This document shows, in pieces, positions 1-26,096 of a stretch of DNA of 64,000 nucleotides. Positions within the stretch are counted from its first letter, which is position 1; each line of letters begins with the position of its first letter. The notes under the pieces were generated by a model. That model worked only from the letters and a program-made list of their open reading frames with translations, made no database searches and was not told where the DNA came from. The stretch is from positions 12,896,001 to 12,960,000 of the forward strand of contig OZ059898.1 of assembly GCA_964057225.1 (NCBI GenBank), in the 5' to 3' direction. This DNA is from Auanema rhodensis (taxonomy: Eukaryota; Animalia; Nematoda). The position numbers were made by a program, and so were the translations under genes.

Positions 1-80
1 ATTTTTTCCGCTCTTTTTGGTTGAAAATCAGTCTGAATAACAAAATAATTTTAAATATATCATTCTCGAATAACTCTTAC

Positions 81-2478
81 TTGATGAGTTGTAACACCGA
101 TAAAGTGGCCATTGTTCTGTATTGTTGGTGGAACTTTAACAGATCTTTGTTTAATAATTTCCTTTGGTTGATAAAATTCCTATAATCCAACCTTTAAAAG
201 TACAAAAATAATAAAATTAGTTTAATAAATGGATTTTATTTTTTTGAAATATCAATTAATTGTTTTAATAATACAGAACAAGACTATTAATTGTTTTCAA
301 GCCCTTAGGGAGATATCTCGGCTCAGCTTTTCTAAGAGCTCAGCCAGTTCAATCTAGATAACAATTTTTCTTAAAACGTTTATAGAATGATAATATATTC
401 AGATTATTGATAAATTTATAAATTAATTTTCAAATTCAACCTATGAAATGAGAGTAGAGTGATAACTTCATTGAACGCCTAAGTTCTGATAAAGTTGGAA
501 TTGCTAGGAATTCCCGCCTGTTTTCTATTTATATTTAATTAACGAAAATTGAGTTATAGAACGATCTGATATATAGAATTGCATAATATATAGGTAAATT
601 ACTGCAAAAACTTGGAAATTACTTGGAATGACGTAAGTACTACAGTATAGTTACTTAACTTGCTTTCTTTTATTTACCACTTGATGGTACAAAGTACAAG
701 CTCAGACTTAATAATCTAGGCTTGAACTAGCTTGATTCAGATCAGCGCACCCCCCCCCCCCCCTATTAAAGTTGAAAACAATTTAAAAACAAACTAACCT
801 GATGAGTTGTTATACAATCTATAGAAGCATTAGTATCTGTTCCAACAGTTGGTGATTGTCGAAGAATTTTAGATCGTTCACCTCGTAAAGCTTGGAAACT
901 ATCCTGCAACTTTGAATTTGAAACCTTTCTAATATCTTGGAGGTTCACTTGATTAGTTGTTACAGAAGAGAAAGCTTCTTTAGAAGATTTGAAAAAGCCA
1001 GGATTTTTGATTCGTCGAGTTCTTTCAATATCTTTTGGTGTATACATATCCTAGAAATGCTCATCAAAATAATAAATATGGAGCTGTTTGATTAAAAGAT
1101 AAAAGAAATTTAAAGAAAATGAAATAAAAATAAATTTGAAATTTGAATGAAAATGAATGTTCTGAGCTACCCTATGAGTGGTACGATCATCGAATTTAAT
1201 CTCAGGAGATAATTGAACCGGTTCTTTCGGTCGATTGTACAATTCCCGTTTAATTTCTTTGGGACCATATTCTATCTAAGTTGTAATAAGTTTTATATGT
1301 TAAGTATAACATACTAGCTTTGTGTTCAAACCTTATTTGTTGTTAGATCATCGAACTTTATTGAAGCTGGCATAGCTGGTTGTGATGTTTCTCCAACTCG
1401 TCGAACAGAATTTGGAGTCGATTTTCGAGCAATCTTCGGAACAAACTCAGCTTGATGTGTAGTTTCAGAATAGAATGGTATGTGTTGTGGAGTATATTGA
1501 TAAGAGCTGATTGATCTAAAACAAAATGATGTTTTTCTAAATCTAATTGATTTGAAGATACTTTGCTGTTGGAGCAACTTCTGCTTCTTTCATCGTATAC
1601 TCAGCATCATGAGTAGTTTCAGAATAAAATGGAATATTTTCCATAGGAACATATGAATTTCTTTTATAAGACCTGTAAATTATAAAAAATAATAAAAATT
1701 TGATATATTTTCTAATGATCCATCTTACATACGTGATCCAGCATCAATATACTTTGGTTGGTATGTATCTTGATGTGTAGTTTGATCCGAGAATGGCTCA
1801 TGATTTGGAACATATCGTTCTCTTCTAGGTCTTAAATTAAATTATTATTAATATTGTTAATTTTAAAATTAAAAAAAAATATTTATCGTAATATTCTATT
1901 GTATTTATTAATTTTAATTCTAAGTCTATGTTACCAGAAAGTCTGCAAGTGACAGCATTGAACTTGACAGAATGTGAATACAACATTTTATAGAAGTTTG
2001 CAAGCTTTTACTTTTCAATTTTTTTGTAAAGCTTTTAGCATTTCGTTTTGAATTTTATGTGGAAAATGAAAATGTTTTACGTTTTTGTATTTTCCGGTAA
2101 TTTCCAAGTATATTGCGAGTCGTGTGTAGTATTATACGATGTATTTAACCGTCTTGGAGTTTCATATGAATTATTGTAATTGATCATAACGGGATCAGAG
2201 AGCAAAGCTTCATTCTTAATATAATCTGTAATGTTTTGATTAAACTTTGAATAAAAAATGTAATATTTCAATTATTTTACAAATTGAATTTAGGATTAAG
2301 TTTCAAAGTTTGTTTAGTGACTTCAAAAACCTTGATATGGGTAGTGATCATCGCTATAAGCTGTATGAGGTGGAACATCAGCATTTCCTAATAAATCATA
2401 ATCGTAAATTGATACTAAAATAAAATAAAATCATATATATTAAATCTATAAAATAAACTTACAAGAGTCTAGTGTCAT
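81..2478 (-). CDS. SAXO/STOP (Mn-repeat) microtubule-stabilising protein, multi-exon, 3' end beyond left edge
   Basis: Spliced exons give MTLDSLSIYDYDLLG..., then repeated P..F...TT(H/N)...(Y/F) modules (SYNTTHDSQY, EPFSDQTTHQDTY, IPFYSETTHQAEF, IKFDDRTTHR, AFSSVTTNQ), typical of SAXO1/2 proteins. Short GT-AG introns; candidate X-box upstream. Confidence 0.65.
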
Positions 2479-2541
2479 ACCAACGACACATATGATGACT
2501 ACAGCTACTGCTCATGAGACTATGCTGTCGTTTCTATCGTC

Positions 2542-2556
2542 GTATCCATAGGTGAT
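2542..2556. promoter_or_regulatory. Candidate RFX/DAF-19 X-box
   Basis: GTATCC-ATA-GGTGAT (imperfect X-box half sites, 3-nt spacer) ~65-80 bp upstream of the SAXO ATG at 2478. Confidence 0.35.
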
Positions 2557-3231
2557 GTAGAATTTATTTAAAATCTTTTACGAAAAAAAAAAAGAAAAAT
2601 TTACTATGAGAATAGTTAAATTTTAAGTTCTTTTTGAGTTAAGAAAGAAAAAGAAAATATACTGAAAACAAAATATAGATAATACTAAAAAAATTATTGA
2701 AAATAGCAAAAATGTTTTAGCTTAATGCTCATAAAGTTTTATTTTAATTAAATTGAATTTACAAACTTCATACAAGTCATCTGGCTATATAATTTATTTA
2801 AACAAAATTTAATTTCAATTAATTTAGATAGGTAATTGTTGATTTGATTCACTTATATCCTAATATAAACTATAAAATCCTTCCGTTTTGATCCTAATTT
2901 GACCTTTTTTTCTCTGAATTTTCCCTCTATCTCAATCATATTTTCAGTTTTAAGACTCGAACCTAATTGAAAGATTATTTTTATTATTTATTATGAATTT
3001 ATCTTCTTTTATATATTTTTCGCTCAATTTATTTAAAAAGTTGTAATTTATGTTAAGAAATTAAAAAAAAATGTATTTTTCAATATAATTGTTGAAGTTT
3101 TAAAGCTCATAAACCATATAATGTTGTTGTTTTCCCACGTCAAACGTTACACGTGTTTGAAACTTAAACTTTTATTCAAATTTCAATGAGTTTTCAGTTT
3201 TTTTTTTATAAAATTTTTTAATATTTCAGTA

Positions 3232-5590
3232 ATGAAACTATTACTTGCTTGGCTTTTTTTACTATTTTCAGTTGTTTATTGTGTAGATAATTATGGAAAG
3301 GTAGAAAGACTTTGTGATGATTTTCAAGAATTTTTGTTTTTTATTTTTCAGACATCTGGAACAATTGGTAATTCAGATATTGTATTGAAATGGAAGACTT
3401 CCTTTGATACACAAACTGTTACATTCTCTGTGTGGATCACTGGACCATCATATGATTGGATTGGAATTGGATTCTCTGATCATGGAAAATATAATAATTC
3501 CGATCTATGTATCTTCCGTAATGATTATATGACTGTAAGATTTATCTATTTCATATCTATGTATTATATTATTTTATTAAGGATTTCTATATTGATAATG
3601 AGTTTAATATCAAACGTGATATGGCTAATGATTGTGAACTAATCTCTACAAGTACCGTATCCAATGATGCTGTGAAGACACGTCGTTTGTTTGAGTTTAA
3701 ACGTCGTTTCTCTACATGTGATCCACGTGATTATGCTTTTGAAGTAATGTTTGAACTTGAAAAAGCTCTGAGTATTATACCTTGTTTAGCCTGGAACTAC
3801 ACAATTCATTTTTGCCGGTGGTAATGGATATATACCTGATAGTATGTTAAATGCTAACATTTACAAATCGTTGCACTATGGTCAACTCATTGATGGTGAA
3901 CAAGATGAAGATGATTTGAAAGAAAATCATTTCAAGTTTAGAGTTTTAGCAAATAAAGCTTTGGTACGAGCATGTTTAGACATTGATTTTCAATTTTATC
4001 TGATAATTTTAGATTCCTAATGTTGTAACATCTTATTGGTGTACGGTAAAGAAAGTTCCAAAGTTGGTTCAAATGAAGAAACATCATATCATTAAGGTTG
4101 GTAGTCAAGTTTTAATTTAACATAAGCGTTTTTACGTTTGTTTAGATGAACTCTGTCGTTGAACCTGAGAATAAACATATTGTTCATCATATGGTGGTAT
4201 GCTATTTCTAGTATTCTTTTCTAGTTTTCTAATAGAATTTTAGATTTATGCCTGTCAAACACACGAACAAGTAGAATTCAGCTTAAATTGTAATGATCCA
4301 AGAAAGCCTGAGACATCCCGTTCCTGCAGTCGAGTTGTTGGCGCTTGGTCAATGGGAGAAGGATCTGTGTATTATCCACCAGAAGCTGGCTTGCCTATTG
4401 GTGGAGCTAATGGAGCAACATACTTGATGGTTGAAATTCATTATAACAACGTTGAGAAAGTGGCTGGAGCAAGAGATAGTTCCGGTTTTGAGTTTTATGT
4501 AACATCTCAATTGAGGTAGATCAAAGTTTTCTGTGAATTGTTTATGAATCTGTACAACACAGACCATTTGATGCTGGAATCATGGAACTGGGTTTGATCT
4601 ATTCTGATGCCAATTCAATTCCACCTCAACAAGATGCATTCCCAATCACTGGATATTGTGTTGAAGATTGTACTAAGAAGGTTTGAAATTTCATTATTAT
4701 TGAGTATAATAATTCTGATTTATTCAGTTACCTGATGAAGGAATTCAAGTTTTTGCCAGCCAACTTCATGCTCACTTAACCGGCCGAAAGTTGTGGACAA
4801 GCCATTATAGAAATGGTTATTATGAGAATGAAATATTTCATGATTTTCATATATTTCAGGTGTTAAATTGGGAGAATTGAATCGTGATGATCATTACAGT
4901 CCCCATTGGCAGCATGTTCAACAAGTTCGTCCATACATTCATGTTAAACAGGTTGGCTGAAACAAGCGGTAAAGATGAAACACCATATTCAATCTTTAGG
5001 GTGATGTCTTAGCTACAACATGTGTATATGAAACCAGAGAACGTAATACAGTAACATTGGTATGAAGAATGAAATGGAATGAATGATTGTTTTCTTGAAT
5101 TTCAGGGAGGATATGGTATTGAAGATGAGATGTGTGTTAACTATATATACTATTTCCCTGTATCTGAGATTGAAGTTTGCAAATCTGCTGTAGAGAATAG
5201 AACTCTGCATAATTATTTCAACAAACAGTATGTTTATGGTCAGAATTTAGTAAGTTTCTAATATGCTGCTATTCAGGCTTGGTATGCTGAGCTTAAATGA
5301 TCCTATTCATGTAAAATATAATTCAATGGATTGGACTAAAGAGAATGCTCTTTCTCTTCAAGAATTATATGCTGCAGCTCCATTGAATATGCATTGTCTT
5401 CAACATGATGGCAGCCTATTTCCCGTAAGTTAAAACCAAAAAAAAAGCTGTAAATGCTGTAAGAAATGTTTAAAAACTTTGAATAATAATTCAGGATCGT
5501 AATTGGAGTTCCATCCCTACCCCTAGAGTGAACTCTGGTCCATTTGTGAAATCTCGTGATCAATTTGAATGCCCTTCATTGAATGATTAA
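3232..5590 (+). CDS. tbh-1: Tyramine beta-hydroxylase (DOMON + copper type II monooxygenase), many short introns
   Basis: Signal peptide MKLLLAWLFLLFSVVYC; DOMON WIGIGFSDHG; copper ligands VHHM, EIHYNN, SQLHAHLTGRK and GGYGIEDEMCVNYIYY; ends RDQFECPSLND*; TTTCAG just before the ATG. Confidence 0.93.
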
Positions 5591-6039
5591 GAAAGTTTAA
5601 AGAACAACAGATGTTTTTTTCTTTTTTTCTTTGTTTTTCTATTTTCTAAAAATTTTGAATAGTTTATTATAAATTGAAACGAGAAAGAATTTCCTAAATA
5701 AACTATATGAATATCACTGAACGATATGATGAAGAAACAACGTAAAGTTCGTGATGAAAAGATGAAAAAATGATTGAAAGTGATAACTACCAATAAGGAG
5801 AAAAGACAAAAAAGATGATAATTAGATGAGTTTTATATTTATGGAATGCACATGAAAAATAGAAAAAAAAAACTTCTTTTTCCCAACATTTCGAAGAAAA
5901 AGAAGAAGAGTCGAAGAAAACGGGAACCGTGTATTCAGGTACCTACAATTTGTCTAAAAATTCGTTTTTTTTTAAAAAGAAATTTGATTTTTCAATTCTA
6001 TTAGTTTTGAAGAAGAAAAATAGGTTTTCAAAAAGTTGA

Positions 6040-18653
<12,614 letters not shown>

Positions 18654-20226
18654 CTACAATTTCACAAGTTAATGGAAAGTAATTTTTAAAAATTCATATT
18701 TAATCGAGAATAAAATTTATTTTTAATACAAAAATTAAAATATTTTTAAAATATATTCTCATGTTAAATTAATTTTAATTTTATTATTATTAGCGAATAA
18801 AGAAGATGATTGTGATCAAATATGAAATGAAATTGCGTTTGAGTCACATTCAGCATTCACAATCTCAATTTTACTTTTCATTTGTTAAGCCAAATGAGAT
18901 ATTTTATTGATAATTCATGTATATAAATGTAATTTTTATTATTTTTTTATTATTTATTTCAATAATAATAAGATATTTTATAAAATATTTTTATAGAAAG
19001 TACAAAGCTTACAAATGAGTTGAACCAATATGTAACATTCTATGTCAACAATGCTTCATTTAATATTCATAAACATAAGTTCATAATGCTTTAAAGGTAT
19101 TCTTTATTCAATCAAAATAGATAAGAAATTTGTTTTTAATTCAAATATCTGATTATCATTGAATTGAATATCATAGAAAGCACTTCAAGACTCTTCCGAT
19201 ATGTTGTGAACATTGCTGATTTCATTTTAAAAATTTGGTGCGCAATGAGCGGTTGTATTCCATAATATTCAAAATTTTCTTAAATTTCCTTCTTGCAAAG
19301 TATGCTTTTCTCATATTTTACACGTATTTCTTATGTAATAAAATGATTTTTTTTTAACTTTTAGTAATTTCTTCACTTATATTACTTTACAAGAATTTTA
19401 GATTTCAGAAATGGCCCAGAGGGCTTTTAATTTTTTTTTCAAAAAAAAAAAACACGAAAGGGGTACAAAGTGCTTCTACACATTATCCTCCGGAGAAATG
19501 TTTTCAACACGTGAACGATGACGTGTATGAGAATGATGAGCGATGTGTCATTCGGGAATTGTCTGCTGAACTTCTAACCCTCTACATGTATCGTGTAAAT
19601 GGTATGATGTGAATTGAAGCTTTAAGATATATAACGTCCAGTACATCATGACATTTAGCATAATTTTCTCTTCATTCATATCTATTCTTCTTAGCTATTT
19701 TCAGATATTTACATGCATCATACATCAGATGAATATGAAGTGTGAACATCAATGACGATGTGGTGATGATGAAGATGATGGTTAAGATTGCTATAATGAT
19801 AATTCAATACAAACAACTTGTCCAGCATTTTCCCTTGTAAACACTTCTTCTCTATTTTTCCCTCTCTCCTTCCATTTTTTCGTTTTTTTTTATTTTTTTG
19901 CTATCCATGTTCGATTCAGCTATTCATTGAGTTCAAGAAAATTGATGAAACATTTATTTCCGAATTCGTCTTTTTAACATCTGGTTTAAGAAGAAAAAAA
20001 CTTTTTTCAACCAACGATGTTAAAAATATTTTCATCATCATCATCATCATTATATGAAAAATGATCGAAGTTCTCATATATAAATCTGATTTAGAAGTTT
20101 CTGAGTTTCATCTAATTCAATCAGATTCATGTATTATGAGAATCAACGAACTTTGGCGGCGAAATTGCCAACTTTTTTGTTGGAAACTCAAAAACAATGA
20201 GTGTTAAAAGAAAATTTTTTTAGTTC

Positions 20227-20228
<2 letters not shown>

Positions 20229-20270
<42 letters not shown>
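20229..20270. repeat. (CT)n microsatellite
   Basis: Direct read. Confidence 0.95.
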
Positions 20271-20273
<3 letters not shown>

Positions 20274-21442
20274 TGACAGTTTGGCAACTAAGGTCACATC
20301 ACTGGACTTCGATAAGATGCACAAATGCCACAAGCAGAAAGAATATCGAAAAGCAATGAGAGGGAAATGACACCACAACCCCACGAACATTGCAATTTGT
20401 TGTTTCTCTTCTGGCTTCATCAGATTTGACGGAAAATTGCATGCTAAACTCTTGAGCAAAAGGAGAGCAGAGTAGCTTTTCAGCAGCATGTTCTTACTTT
20501 TATTGAAAATATTTTTAAATTTTGTACAAGATTAATCAGAATACAATGTAATATTGTTGGAATATTACATAAATATTAATAAAATTTGAATATTTTAAAA
20601 ATAGTGGGTGAATAGATAATAAATGAGAAAAATCATAAAAATTGTAAGAAAAATATAAAAAAAAAGAGGAAGAAACGAAGAAAAGTATGAATTAAGCTAA
20701 TAGTCTTCACAATTCTTCTGAATTCTGATAGTGTTCGTTCGTCCATCTAACTTGAAGCGAAAGGACATCTGCGTTTGTTTGATGGATATTCATTCGCTGT
20801 AATGTCTCGTCCAAGGTTTATACAACCTGATTATAAGCTTTACGTTATGAAAACCTTGCAGGACTCAGATTTTGTACAAAAATGTTGTTGGTGATATTGA
20901 TAATATTGGTTGAAATATTGCATTTGCAAGTGAAAAACTAAATATTGAATAAGCTTTTCCTAATCTTACTGATATCTCTTGTAATTTTTCAGAATATTTT
21001 GACTGAACGTGTACTCATCATTGAGGAAAAACAGAATGTTTCATAGAATGGAAGTGGACAAACGTTCAGTTTTTGTCATTTTGTTTTCTTAAAGATTACA
21101 CCTTATCCTTATGCTTTGGGTTATGTGGCCCATGTAGATAAATTGGATGAAAAAGATGATGAGAATTATAAGAGCGATATAGAGAGAATAAAGAGAGAGA
21201 GAGAAAGAGAGAGTAATTAGAAGAGAGTGGGATATAATGTAAATATGCGAGAAATAGAGACAGAAACGGGTACCGAAACGGGTACCGAAAGAGAGAACAA
21301 GGGAAACGTCTCTGGTATCCTATTTCAGAAGCTGGTAAGGTTAACATACCACTGAATACAATTTATAACTATTAGCATAATTAAAAGGACATATTAAAAA
21401 CATAGAGAAGGGCTGAATAAAGATAGAGAGGGGACAATGGGT

Positions 21443-21443
<1 letters not shown>

Positions 21444-21496
<53 letters not shown>

Positions 21497-21556
21497 GAGA
21501 GAGAGAGAGGTAGAGAGAGAGAGAGAGAGAGAGAGGTAGAGAGAGAGAGAGAGAGA
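21444..21556. repeat. Interrupted (AG)n microsatellite with three GGT interruptions
   Basis: Direct read. Confidence 0.95.
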
Positions 21557-23512
21557 TATTATATATTTATAATAAATGAAGAGAGAACAGAGAACACAAA
21601 AAAAAAGATAAAGAAAACGTGATCAAGCTTACTAAATTTAGCAAGTTTTTCTTTTTTCTTTATAAAACTTTTCTGTAGCTTTAGTTGGCAATCGCATTTA
21701 GTTTTGCTGCTTAAGAGAGAAGGCCATTCCCCTTTGATTTTTGTCTCCTAGATTTAATAGGAAATTGGAGCAAGCTGCCAAGCACTCAAGCATGCTTATT
21801 TCTATACTAAGTATAATTTCCACAGGTGTCAAAATAGAAAGAGGGATGAAAGAAAGCGAGAGAGGGAGGTAAAAGATGGAAATTGCGGGAAAAAGGTTAA
21901 AGTTGGCAAAAATAAAATATTTTGATATCAATTGTCATAGATATTAGCTTGCGGAGTAAGAAAATAGTAGTAAAACCGCCACGTTTGATAATGCTTTAGG
22001 CAGGCTCAAAGCTTAAAGAGTAACCTGATTCAAGTTTCAAAGAAAGACAAAACCGCAAAAAACTAAAAGAAACCGTGAAAATGAGAGTTATAAATAAGCT
22101 TTAATCTAATGAACATTAGTTTGTCTTTAAGAAGTTCAAACTTGAAACTAATTTCCCCTCCCTCTTTCTCTTCATATATCTCTTCTTCGTTATTCTAGGT
22201 CCTCCCCATCTTCATCATCTTTTCGTTGGTTTTTCATATCTTTCATAGATTTAGACGTGAAAGTTCTTCTCTCAAAATTTCGTTGAAGCTTTGAAGATGA
22301 AGAAGAGAGGAGCATGGTGACATGATGAGCAAGAGCAGTTGACAGGTGAAGCGAAGTGCTAGATCAACGAAGTATGTTATCGCTAAACTGCCACATATTA
22401 TATATTTTTCGAGATTTTTAAAAAAACTTTTTGTAATTTTCAAATTTTGATATATAAATAGAGATCTGTTGAACTTTCGTTCAAAACTTTCTTCATGCTC
22501 AATTACATTGTTGCTAAGATTTTTGCAGAATATGAACTGAGTGACTGCATATAAATGGGAGGAAAATGAAAAAAAATCGGAAAATGAACAGTTTTTTTCG
22601 TAAAAAAAGTTGAAAAAGAACTAATTCAGTTTCTGAATTTAGTTTATGAATGGTAAGCAGTTTAAAGGAAATGTGGAGGTCGGTACAGCATCCGGTTGAG
22701 GATTTCCAATTCACTGAGCATATATGATGTACTGAAGTATATATAAGAGAAGAGAGGGGAAGTTGAAGTTAAAAGGTTAAGAAAGAAAGAAAATTAAGCT
22801 GAAAAGTTTCTATAAAGGTTTGCAAGAAAGCTTGTAAGAGAGGTATAAGACTTTTTTTTTTTTTTAAAAACAAATTTCATATACTAAATATCCTATTTAT
22901 TTCAGATTTTTTATGAAAATATATTTACATATTTATGAATTTTACTTTTCTTCATATAAAAATTGATTTTCACTCAAATTTTAATTATTTTTTTTTGTTA
23001 GAAAAGGAAAAAATACCTCAAAGACACGAATAGAGACTTGCATTTCTGAAATCAAAGTGAAATAAAACTTTTTTTTTTACTTTTAAGGATAAGGCGGCTA
23101 ACAAGTAAGAATAAAGAAGTAAAAGAAGATAGAGAATAGAGAATATGTGGATTGGAGGTTATATGGATGATAGATGCCAATTGAATTTCATCTTCTTTCT
23201 TATATGATTGAGATATGCATTTAGAGATTTATGTACATATAGTCACTATTTTCTCAATCTAATCTTAAATTTTGAATTTAATGTTTTGTTTTGTTAGAAT
23301 ATTTGTTTATTTGTTTATTTATTTTAGATTTAGAAAAAAAACAATAACTTTTTTTCATATAAAATAGTTCAAAGAAGATGAAAATATATAATTTATTAAG
23401 ATATTTTTAATTTTTCATTCGAAAAAAACATAAAGCAAATAGCTATATGAAGGGATAAATAGATAAAATCATTTTTTTTTCCAAAATGAAAACTTTTCTT
23501 TTTTTTTGGAAA

Positions 23513-24900
23513 TTAGGCTGGGCAGGCTGGACGAGTTTGAATCATGTGCTTAATTGCGGGCAAGCTATGGACACGATTAATCAGACGTTGGATGTTTGGA
23601 TAACAATCCAAGGAATCTTTACGACCGAAATCAACAAATTTGACGAAAGCTTCAGCAGCATAGATATCAACCCAGGTTTCCTGAAATTATCATGATGAAG
23701 CTTATTGGTCATGAAATTAAAAGTCAAAAGCTAGTGAAATCTACGACGTACTGTGTCTCCGAGAAGAAGTCCATTACCACCGTTTTCAACCAAAAATTTT
23801 TCGATGATTGGAGCAAATTGATTGAGCTCGGGAAGTACTTTCTCGTTATAGTATGTTTCCTAAAATATTGATTAGAAATTGTTTTTCTGACTGTAAAAAC
23901 CTGATTGTAGTGATCGAATCCGGGGAATTTGAGAAGGACACGAGGATAATCACGAGTACCTGGTGAATCGGTGAGTTCTTGCACAACTTCAGCCATCATA
24001 TCCAAGCGAGCACACTCAATAGCATTCTTACCAGCTCTGTCTATAACTCATTACAATAATAATTATATTCTCAATATGATACTTACGGAATTGATGTCCA
24101 AGGAATCTTAGGATAGTAACTGATTGAGCAATTTTTGTTCCATCAACTTCCAAGACTGGAATTTGACCAAGTGGCATGGCTGAAATAAATATTTATTTAA
24201 ATTTTACATTTTTTTTTGATGAATATTGAATAAAATTTGGATCAATTTGGAATTTTTATAATCAACCGTACATGTTAACTGCAGAAATTCAAATGTCATG
24301 ACGCGCATTTACTTTTCACGTAATTTTACGTGTAAACGTGTATATTATAAGTATTTATAAATATGCTAATGAATATTAATTATTTTTACATTGTATAGTT
24401 AACTAGTGTGATGACTTTTTTTTTATTAAAATCTATTGAAATCAACTCCCATTCCCCCCATTTATGGAATTAAAAGGTTTCATTCATATGAATGCTATCA
24501 GTTGTTGAACTTGTTTTCAAGAAACTATTAATCCATCATGTTATCTATAAATACTCACGTACAACTTGATATGATGACAAGAAAAAATCTAAAAATCATC
24601 ATTTTCAAATGGCACAATGAGCATTTGTCATCAATCAAAAGAGATCATCACAGTTACATGATGATATGACTTATATTTAATAAACAAACATGAAGTTTCA
24701 TAGCTTATAATGATATCTGTTTGATATTTGATAATCTATTGTTGAAATTTCGATGATAACAACTTACAATCTTTCATGCTTGGCCAAGCTTCAAGAGATA
24801 CAACGCAGTCTTCCCATTTTTTACCGGAAAGAGCAAGAAGATGACGAACAGCTTCTCCACGTCCACGGGTAAAGAAATAATAGAATTTGTAATGAACCAT
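23513..24900 (-). CDS. Glutathione S-transferase, sigma class
   Basis: MVHYKFYYFFTRGRGEAVRHLL...WPSMKD / MPLGQIPVLEVDGTKIAQSVTILRFLGHQF / AGKNAIECARLDMMAEV ... IAARPQLSTWFKLVQPA-type C-terminal exon ending RPACPA*; GSH-binding LGQIP and QS motifs. Confidence 0.9.
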
Positions 24901-25180
24901 TCTAAAACGGAACAAAAATCTATAAAATTAATTCAAAAATAAAGATAAAGGTTCGGAGAATAATTGATAAAAAAACAATAAAAATGAAGTTGAAACAGTA
25001 AAAGAAGAACTGCTGAATAAGGTAAAGAGTTGATGAGCCCAGCTCTCGTGGACACATCGAAGAATGTGCGAAGTTCGACTGATTGCTGTATCAATTGGTC
25101 AGCATAAGCCACAGAATAAACTGAAGGACAGTGTGTAGGAGAGGTGAGATTGTCGCATGGGTTGCACTCGTTCTCTGCAT

Positions 25181-25189
25181 CTTATATAC
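25181..25189 (-). promoter_or_regulatory. Nematode-type TATA box GTATATAAG upstream of the GST
   Basis: Matches GTATAWWAG, ~280 bp upstream of the ATG. Confidence 0.5.
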
Positions 25190-25697
25190 CCTCTCTATCT
25201 GTAAAATCATCCTTTTTCGATCTAACATTCTATCCGTCTCTTACGTTTTCTATCTCTCTCTATTAAGGGCTGATAACAAACAAGTTGACAAAGAGAAAAT
25301 AGATTGTGCACTTGCTATGTTATGAGGAAAATATTTCTGACGACTATTTAGATGATTTATATAGAGAAAAATAAGTTTTTTTTGTGAAAAAAAGGTAAAA
25401 AGAAGATTATGAGAATATAAAATGAGCTGTAGAGATGATGAATATTGAACAATACCTCTCATATCATATGATTTTGTAATTTCGATCGAAAAATCGTTTG
25501 AAGTTTAGATTTGTCGACCTATTTTTCAACAGTTTTATAAATATGAACGAATACAGTAGTAGCAAAGCTAGTTTTTAAAGTTTTTACTTTCTTCAACTTG
25601 TCAACCAAACGAGAACAACATTGATGATTTTTAAAAATTAAAAAGATCACACAGCATGCTATAAAGGTAATACTTTGATTAAATAAGAGAGAAAGAA

Positions 25698-25753
<56 letters not shown>

Positions 25754-26096
25754 TCTCTCAATTATAGAAACTTTCTGCAATACTGTTCATGTGATTAACA
25801 AACTAAGAGATTTGTTTATATCATGTTTACATTCAATGGAAATTGAATCAAATATAGGTTCGGCATCAAATCATGATATTGATGAAAAATGAATTCATTA
25901 TTTTCTTAATTTTTACTCTAAATCAATATATATTTTTAATTTTTAAGTTATTTTAACTAAATTAAAAAATTTCTTGTAGTTTAAGATAAAAATATTTATT
26001 TCAAAGTATACAGATTTATTATAAAAAAAATAAAAATAAAAAGAGATCAATGTGAGAGACAAATTTCTTTTATTAGAAAATTCTTTTCTCCATTCC

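Noticed and set aside
296-728. Decayed MITE in the SAXO intron (TTCAAGCC/GGCTTGAA)
   Set aside because: Only ~8-bp complementarity and no TSD
19818-22714. Short F/L/S- or R/E-rich ORFs
   Set aside because: Low-complexity and microsatellite translations with no splice or domain support
25030-25114. C/D snoRNA (TGATGA...CTGA)
   Set aside because: Antisense to the GST transcript, no terminal stem, no recognised rRNA guide
24570-25880. SKN-1 WWTRTCAT sites around the GST
   Set aside because: Plausible, but expected by chance in such AT-rich DNA
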